IMG/VR virus record: IMGVR_UViG_2579778670_000004
Strand: one strand, 5' to 3'
DNA: 44,004 bases
Origin: a virus
Lineage: Duplodnaviria > Heunggongvirae > Uroviricota > Caudoviricetes
Part shown: positions 37,197-44,004 of the stretch, piece by piece
How positions within the stretch are numbered: position 1 is the first letter of the stretch
Layout of the letters: every line of letters begins with the position of its first letter
The notes under the pieces: generated by a model
Seen by the model: the letters and a program-made list of their open reading frames with translations, nothing else
The model's database searches: none
Told to the model about the DNA's origin: nothing
Made by a program: the position numbers and the translations under genes

Positions 37197-38151
37197 ATGA
37201 CCATTTTTAACGGCTTGTTAGAAGCGAAAAAAGGCGCGCTCAAAAACGGCGCGATCCCGGCGCTGGCCATCGCCATCGCCGCCCCTAACAAAAAAGTTGC
37301 CGAGAACATCATCATCGGCAAATTGTGGGAAGCCTACCCTGACCACGGCGACAACTATTTCAAACCTAAAATCTGGGAAGATGCCCCGGGCCAACCGCGC
37401 CCAGGCGTCGGTGAGTTTGATGAGACGTTTGCCACAGAACACAGTTTTGATGGCGAAAAATGGGTAGTTAACACTCCTGTTGATTCAGATTGCAGTTCAG
37501 CAGATATCTCACAGGTTAGCGACCTGATGAAACTGCCGGCTCGTGAACGATTCGCCGCCGTTCTGCTGTTCAGCCACGACGCCAACGAAGTCGACAGTGA
37601 ATTGCTTGTGCAGACGCGTGAATACCTGGAGATGCTCGATAACAGTGATACTGACAGTGAGGATGAGGTTGACGCGTTTAACCGCATCGTTCTTGATGCC
37701 ATGGTGGCGTGTAAGCCCATCGAGTACATGCATATTGCTGGATTGAATAATCTGGTACATGCAATTTTGGCAAGTTGCGATACCCAGGAACAAAACCCGA
37801 CCAGTTGGACTATCTCCAAATTTATAAAAAAATGGGTAGAGAATCCCGGTAAACGAGATGAAATGCTGCCGGAGGTAAAACCAGAAACAGCATCCGCACG
37901 TCCTTACAAACAGACTCACGCCACTCTGGATCGTGAAATTGCCTGCGCCCTGTTACCTGTTGCCCCGGAAAAAATCACCCCCAGCATCCTGAAAGCGGCA
38001 GACGAAATAATCAGTCAGGACAGGGAAGATTTTAAACGCTGGTCAATGGCCTTGCGCACAACGGATCAGATCCTTGCCTATGACCGCGCATCAGTATTCG
38101 GTGTTATTCAGAGCGCCCCCGCAAAAGACACGTACCACTTCCCACAATCCC
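37197..38151 (+). pseudogene. 5' part (codons 1-318) of a roughly 738-codon gene disrupted by IS911
   Basis: Reading frame runs into the IS left end at 38152; after removing the IS and one CCC target copy the frame continues into 39405..40666 without a stop. Confidence 0.6.
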
Positions 38152-38181
38152 TGAAGTGGTCAACAAAAACTGGCCACCGAG

Positions 38182-39329
<1,148 letters not shown>

Positions 39330-39404
39330 TATGGCACCTGTGTTGTTCTGAGGTGAGCATATCACCTCTGTTCAGGTGGCCAAATTCAGTAAACCACTTC
39401 ACCC

Positions 39405-40666
39405 TGCGCAGTCACATCGACAACTGGCTGCAAGCTAACGGGCAGCGTGATGCAAATGCTGTTGAAGAGAAGCCAAAGGAAGCAGCACCCAAGGATGATG
39501 TAAAAGTCACCAACCACGGCGGCGGACGATTCTCAATTGATGGGATGATGTCAGAAACACCCTCAAATCAGGGCGAAAAAAGCGAAGCTGCAAATGCTGG
39601 AGAACGTAGTTTGCAGCAGTTGCGTGAGCAGTTTGTCACGCCTCGCCATGTGTATGACGTACCTGAAAATAACGCCGTATCACAGAGGGAACCTGCAGCT
39701 ATTACCCTGGCAGAAGAGACTCCTCCACAAGAACAACTTAGCGAGCAGGTAAAGGATCTGGTGCAGAACGTTGACGCGCTGGTTGAGCGGATCCATGCCG
39801 AAGAGCACAAGCGGCAGAATGCAATCTCAGCTATCGAAACGGAGTTAAAGGACTCAGATGACACGGATAACCTGGCATTGTGGAAGAACGTATTCAAAAC
39901 CGATGAGCGCTTCACCAGTGCTTTCTCTCAGAATGGCGGCGGCACATCCATCAACGGCACTTATATAGCGATGAAAGCGACTCGCGAATTTGGGCCATTT
40001 GGTATTGGCTGGGGGGTAGAGGTGCTGGAGGAGCGCTTTGATAAAGGCGCACCAATAGTTCGCAAAAAACAGGTTGGTGAAAAAATAGAATGGGATCTGA
40101 TTCAAGACGGTGTTGGCGGGTACCTATGTGAAATGCACCACACCATGAAAGTGAGAGTCTGGTACATATTGAATGGGGTACGCGGTGAGTCCGAGGCTTA
40201 CGGATGCACACCTTATATCTACGACACTAAATACGGACCAACAAGCGACGGCGAAGCACCGAAGAAATCCTGGACGGATGCTGTTAAGAAAGCGCTATCC
40301 CCTCTCGGATTCAGCGCCGATATTTTCATGGGCCTGTACGACAATCCGGAATACCGCCAGAGGAATAAAGCTGAGTTTGATATCAAGAATGCCAGCGAGA
40401 ATGCGGAAGATGCTACCCGTCTGCGTAAGGAACTGGATGAGAAGCTTATCAACGTTGCCAATACGCTGGCCGCCGCGGTAACCGCCAACGAAGTAAACAA
40501 GGTATTTGGCCTCATCGCCCGCGAAGTGGATGTACACAGGAAAGCAGCGGAAACCAAAGGCGATAAAGAATATTCATCGTATCTGGGATCACGTCTGCGC
40601 CGTATCACCGACATTAAAACTGAACGCCTCGCCGCCCTTACCGCTGCACAGGAGCAAACAGCATGA
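39405..40666 (+). pseudogene. 3' part of the IS911-disrupted gene; contains a Rad52/Sak-like single-strand annealing domain
   Basis: Frame contiguous with 37197..38151 after IS excision. Motifs FGPFGIGWGVEV and KKSWTDAVKKALSPLGFSADIF resemble the conserved Rad52-family cores (FG..GW and K.A.TD..KRAL..FG) as remembered. Confidence 0.5.
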
Positions 40667-41232
40667 GCACTGCTATCGCTATTGCAAAAGAATATGCCAG
40701 TCTGATTGACCTGTTAGAAACCGCCGATGAACTGACGCCAGAGATGATCGCCGACACGCTTGAAGGCATGGAAGGAGAACTGGGAGACAAACTGGACGCC
40801 ATGATGGTCATCTGCCGTAATTTACAGGGCAATGCCAATACCTGCGCTGAAGAAATGTCTCGCCTGGCAACCCGTAAGACGTCCTTTGAAGGCAAGGAAA
40901 AAGCAATTCGAAAGCATATGCTCACCTGCCTGCAAGCTGCTGGCCTGGATAAACTGAAAACCGCAAAAAACACATTTACTGATGCACAGGGGGCTATCCG
41001 GGTAATTATCGATAGCAAAGATAAGATCCCGGATGAGTATGAGGGCGTGTCACTTGTTGATGTAGAAACGGTTATTACACCAAACAAGCGAGCCATTAAA
41101 GAAGTGATTGAATCTGCGGAGGCGGTTGCCGCCGAAATACTGGCGCGTGGAGAAACACCACCAGCCGAGTTATTAAACCCGGTACCAGGCGCACATCTGG
41201 AACGCGGCGAACGGTCACTGAGGATACGCTAA
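40663..41232 (+). CDS. Gam-like host-nuclease inhibitor / Gp157-like recombination accessory protein (putative)
   Basis: 189-aa ORF, start overlaps the upstream stop (ATGA); coiled-coil N-terminus and KLKTAKNTFTDAQGAIRV segment resembling Mu Gam as remembered. Confidence 0.4.
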   Translation: MSTAIAIAKEYASLIDLLETADELTPEMIADTLEGMEGELGDKLDAMMVICRNLQGNANTCAEEMSRLATRKTSFEGKEKAIRKHMLTCLQAAGLDKLKTAKNTFTDAQGAIRVIIDSKDKIPDEYEGVSLVDVETVITPNKRAIKEVIESAEAVAAEILARGETPPAELLNPVPGAHLERGERSLRIR

Positions 41233-41414
41233 TGCTTAAACTCACATTAAAGCGTGGTGACGCGGTTCACCTGGTACTTGCCGATGGTACCAATGGCATT
41301 ATTGAAGCACGGAGCCGCTGCGAACTTGGGCTACACCTGCCAGAAAACATTAAGGTCACTCGGGAGAAATCGGCATTCACCCCACAAGAACTGATTACGC
41401 CTAATCAGAAATAA
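41232..41414 (+). CDS. Hypothetical small protein
   Basis: 60-aa ORF with GAGGA Shine-Dalgarno, start overlapping the upstream stop. Confidence 0.3.
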   Translation: MLKLTLKRGDAVHLVLADGTNGIIEARSRCELGLHLPENIKVTREKSAFTPQELITPNQK

Positions 41415-41463
41415 AAACTCACCATCGCTAGCATTGCGATTCACCAGACACCGGAGGATCACA

Positions 41464-41688
41464 ATGCTGCGATGGCAACCGGGAGCAACTCTGCTCTCCG
41501 CATTTGATATCAAAATTGGTCGACTGTCGGCCAGCGTCAGGAAACAGACTTTGACCGAGTCTGATATTGCCCGTGCCTGCCAGAAGGCAGATGACGCAAT
41601 AAGCTACATAATGAGGAAAGACCATGAAAAGCGATCACGACATAATCACCAGAGAAGAAATGGTCGAGCTGACGGGAAGCCCACTTAA
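41464..41688 (+). CDS. Hypothetical small protein
   Basis: ATG with GGAGGA Shine-Dalgarno (shorter than the 41434 track ORF); overlaps the next gene by about 65 bp, so one of the two may be shorter than drawn. Confidence 0.3.
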   Translation: MLRWQPGATLLSAFDIKIGRLSASVRKQTLTESDIARACQKADDAISYIMRKDHEKRSRHNHQRRNGRADGKPT

Positions 41689-41887
41689 ATCAAAGCAATG
41701 TGAGGCTCTTCGCCGGGCTGGAATTTTCTTCATGGAAAGGGCTGACGGACACCCAAAAACAACCTGGGGCCATTTCATGAACCCAATAAAATTTCGCAAT
41801 TTACAGGAGGTGACGACGCGAAAAGATGATGAACCTGATTTTGGAGCAATATTTAATGGCCGGAAAGAGAAAGAACCCAGCAGATAA
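41624..41887 (+). CDS. DUF4224-family protein (integrase-associated, excisionase-like candidate)
   Basis: 87-aa ORF; EEMVELTGSPLKSKQCEALRRAGIFF fits the DUF4224 pattern (ELTG..SKQ...L.R.GI) as remembered; directly upstream of the integrase. Confidence 0.5.
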   Translation: MKSDHDIITREEMVELTGSPLKSKQCEALRRAGIFFMERADGHPKTTWGHFMNPIKFRNLQEVTTRKDDEPDFGAIFNGRKEKEPSR

Positions 41888-42872
41888 CTGGATGCCGCCT
41901 CGTGTTTACCAGGGCAAAGCGGCCTACGAATTCAGGAATAAAGATAACAAAGCGATACGCCTGTGCGCATTGGATGCACCACGATCAGCCGTATGGCTGG
42001 CATATGAAAAAGCGGTCGGTGACGAAAAAGAAAGAAATACTTTTCAGGCGCTCACGGAACAATTCATGACCTCCCCTGATTTTATGGATTTGGCAGTCGA
42101 AACCCGGAAAGACTACACAAAATATTCCGGAAAAGTTCTGCCTGTCTTCGGGAAGATCGACCCGGATAAAATCAAACCTGAACATATTCGGCGCTATATG
42201 GATCAACGCGGTTTATCAAGCCGAACTCAGGCAAACAGGGAAAAAAGCTTTATGTCCCGGGTATTCCGTTGGGGTTATGAACGAGGTTATGTTCAGAGGA
42301 ATCCTTGTCAGGGAGTTAAACAGTTTAAAGAGAAAGCTCGCGAACGTTATATTACGGATGAAGAATATCAGGCCGTTTATGAAGTGTCTCCTGATGTTGT
42401 TCGCGTAGCAATGGAGATTGCCTACTTATGCGTGGCCAGACAGAGTGATGTACTTTCATTGCAGAAAGACCAGCTGTTCGATTCCGGGATCTACATTCGT
42501 CAGGGAAAAACCGGCGTTAAGCAAATCAAAGCCTGGTCGCCTCGTCTGCAGAAAGCGATAGCTCTGGCTCGTTCTCTGCCATTAAAAACGGGAATCAGTA
42601 GCCTGTTTGTGATTCATCAAACTACCGGTGGCAAGTATACCCGTGATGGTTTTAACTCTCGTTGGCGTGATGTCAAAGCGGCAGCACAGGAAAAATATCC
42701 TCATCTGCAAATAGACTTCACATTTCATGATCTGAAAGCAAAAGGTATCTCTGATCTGGAAGGCAGCCTGGAAGAGAAGCAAGCAATTTCCGGGCATAAG
42801 AACCCGCGACAGACAGCAGCATATGACCGGAAAGTTAAAGTAGTGCCCGTAGTTGGTGGCCAGAGAAAATGA
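41856..42872 (+). CDS. int: Tyrosine integrase (lambda family)
   Basis: Catalytic-domain motifs (R..., HDLKAKGIS, AAYDRK with candidate catalytic Tyr); start set at MAGKRKN... (track ORF begins at 41826); adjacent to a tRNA gene. Confidence 0.85.
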   Translation: MAGKRKNPADNWMPPRVYQGKAAYEFRNKDNKAIRLCALDAPRSAVWLAYEKAVGDEKERNTFQALTEQFMTSPDFMDLAVETRKDYTKYSGKVLPVFGKIDPDKIKPEHIRRYMDQRGLSSRTQANREKSFMSRVFRWGYERGYVQRNPCQGVKQFKEKARERYITDEEYQAVYEVSPDVVRVAMEIAYLCVARQSDVLSLQKDQLFDSGIYIRQGKTGVKQIKAWSPRLQKAIALARSLPLKTGISSLFVIHQTTGGKYTRDGFNSRWRDVKAAAQEKYPHLQIDFTFHDLKAKGISDLEGSLEEKQAISGHKNPRQTAAYDRKVKVVPVVGGQRK

Positions 42873-42930
42873 ATGATGATGCGTCCAGAGAAAAATCATC
42901 TTCGGACGCATCTTCGGAAATGAGAAAGAA

Positions 42931-42960
42931 GATACAAAAAAACCACCCGAAGGTGGTTTC
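42931..42960 (-). terminator. Intrinsic terminator of the glyW-cysT-leuZ tRNA operon
   Basis: Minus strand: hairpin AACCACC-TTCG-GGTGGTT followed by a run of U; lies between leuZ and the integrase stop. Confidence 0.5.
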
Positions 42961-43002
42961 ACGACACTGCTTATTGCTTTGATTTTATTCTTATCTTTCC
43001 CA

Positions 43003-43089
43003 TGGTACCCGGAGCGGGACTTGAACCCGCACAGCGCGAACGCCGAGGGATTTTAAATCCCTTGTGTCTACCGATTCCACCATCCGGGC
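43003..43089 (-). tRNA. leuZ: tRNA-Leu (anticodon UAA)
   Basis: Reverse complement reads GCCCGGATGGTGGAATCGGTAGACACAAGGGATTTAAAATCCC...GGGTTCAAGTCCCGCTCCGGGTACCA, a canonical 87-nt tRNA-Leu with encoded CCA. Confidence 0.97.
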
Positions 43090-43101
43090 TCGGGAAAAAA
43101 G

Positions 43102-43175
43102 TGGAGGCGCGTTCCGGAGTCGAACCGGACTAGACGGATTTGCAATCCGCTACATAACCGCTTTGTTAACGCGCC
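43102..43175 (-). tRNA. cysT: tRNA-Cys (anticodon GCA)
   Basis: Reverse complement GGCGCGTTAACAAAGCGGTTATGTAGCGGATTGCAAATCCGTCTAGTCCGGTTCGACTCCGGAACGCGCCTCCA. Confidence 0.97.
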
Positions 43176-43228
43176 AAATTCTTCAGGCCTTTCAGCCAGA
43201 CATCCGCTGACGCCGATGCCTTTTAAAC

Positions 43229-43304
<76 letters not shown>

Positions 43305-43455
43305 ATTCATCAAGCAATCAGTTAATCACTTGATTTTATTATCGTCTGGCAATCAGTGCCGCCGTTCGATGCGTTGCATTCTACTTACCTGGCGCGATGA
43401 GTCAACGATATTTTTCACCACTTTTGATCGTTTGCTGAAAATTGCGCCGAAACGA

Positions 43456-44004
43456 TCACTGATCAAGCAAATCTGCACGCGCAGCGCTCAAATATTGCAA
43501 CATTGACCACAGAGTCAGTACCGCAGCCACAAAGAAAAGTGCAATACCGGCGTACTCAACCCAAATATTCGGACGCCACAGCAGCCATGCCAACGCCACC
43601 ATCTGGGCAGTGGTTTTCACTTTTCCAATCCAGGAGACAGCCACGCTACTGCGTTTACCCAACTCCGCCATCCATTCGCGTAGCGCAGAAATAATAATTT
43701 CACGGGCGATCATCGTTGCTGCCGGTAAGGTCACCCACCAGCTGTGGTAATGCTCGGTTACCAGCACCATGGCGATAGCCACGAGAACTTTATCTGCGAC
43801 AGGGTCAAGGAAAGCACCAAACCGGGTACTCTGATTCCAGCGGCGTGCCAGAAAACCATCGAACCAGTCAGTCACCGCCGCGACGCAGAAAATGAGCGCG
43901 GCGGCAAACGGCGACCAGGTGACAGGCAAATAAAAGACCAATACAAAGAATGGGATAAGGATGACACGGAACAGTGTAAGCAACGTAGGGATATTAAATT
44001 GCAT
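43456..44004 (-). CDS. pgsA: CDP-diacylglycerol--glycerol-3-phosphate 3-phosphatidyltransferase (phosphatidylglycerophosphate synthase)
   Basis: 182-aa ORF with the CDP-alcohol phosphotransferase motif ([10 protein letters not shown]...[10 protein letters not shown]); upstream of the glyW-cysT-leuZ cluster as in E. coli. Confidence 0.9.

Noticed and set aside
35990-37200. Possible CRISPR array suggested by the repeated GGAAAGACC motif
   Set aside because: Repeats are short (9 bp), irregularly spaced and sometimes inside ribosome-binding sites; no constant-length repeat-spacer units and no cas genes.

Overview
Nearly the whole window (about 1..42,960) is a prophage sitting immediately downstream of the chromosomal pgsA-glyW-cysT-leuZ locus (43,003..44,004), which matches the Escherichia/Shigella arrangement from memory. 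Going right to left it carries: a lambda-family tyrosine integrase with a DUF4224 Xis-like gene; a recombination module (a Rad52-like annealase gene split by an IS911 copy with CCC target duplication, plus a Gam-like gene); an unusual repeat-rich 850-bp noncoding leader; an immunity switch (HTH repressor with no peptidase domain, divergent Cro-like gene, operator palindromes); replication genes (initiator, DnaB-type helicase); an antirepressor; nin-type genes, a Q-like gene and a lysis cassette; a lambda-like head module (Nu1/A/W/B/C/D/E homologues); and a P2-type contractile tail module running to the left edge. The most interesting part is a roughly 6-kb, visibly AT-rich cargo island (about 23.3..29.4 kb) interrupting the early-right operon. 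It holds an unknown 213-aa protein, a three-gene module (small possible-HTH protein, ImmA/IrrE-type HExxH metallopeptidase, 2-TM membrane protein), and a 3.3-kb cassette bracketed by about 72-bp direct repeats encoding an N-terminally anchored unknown protein and a DUF1311-type lipoprotein. A consensus LexA box sits at the island edge. All functional calls rest on reading the translations and on remembered family motifs; no database search was run.
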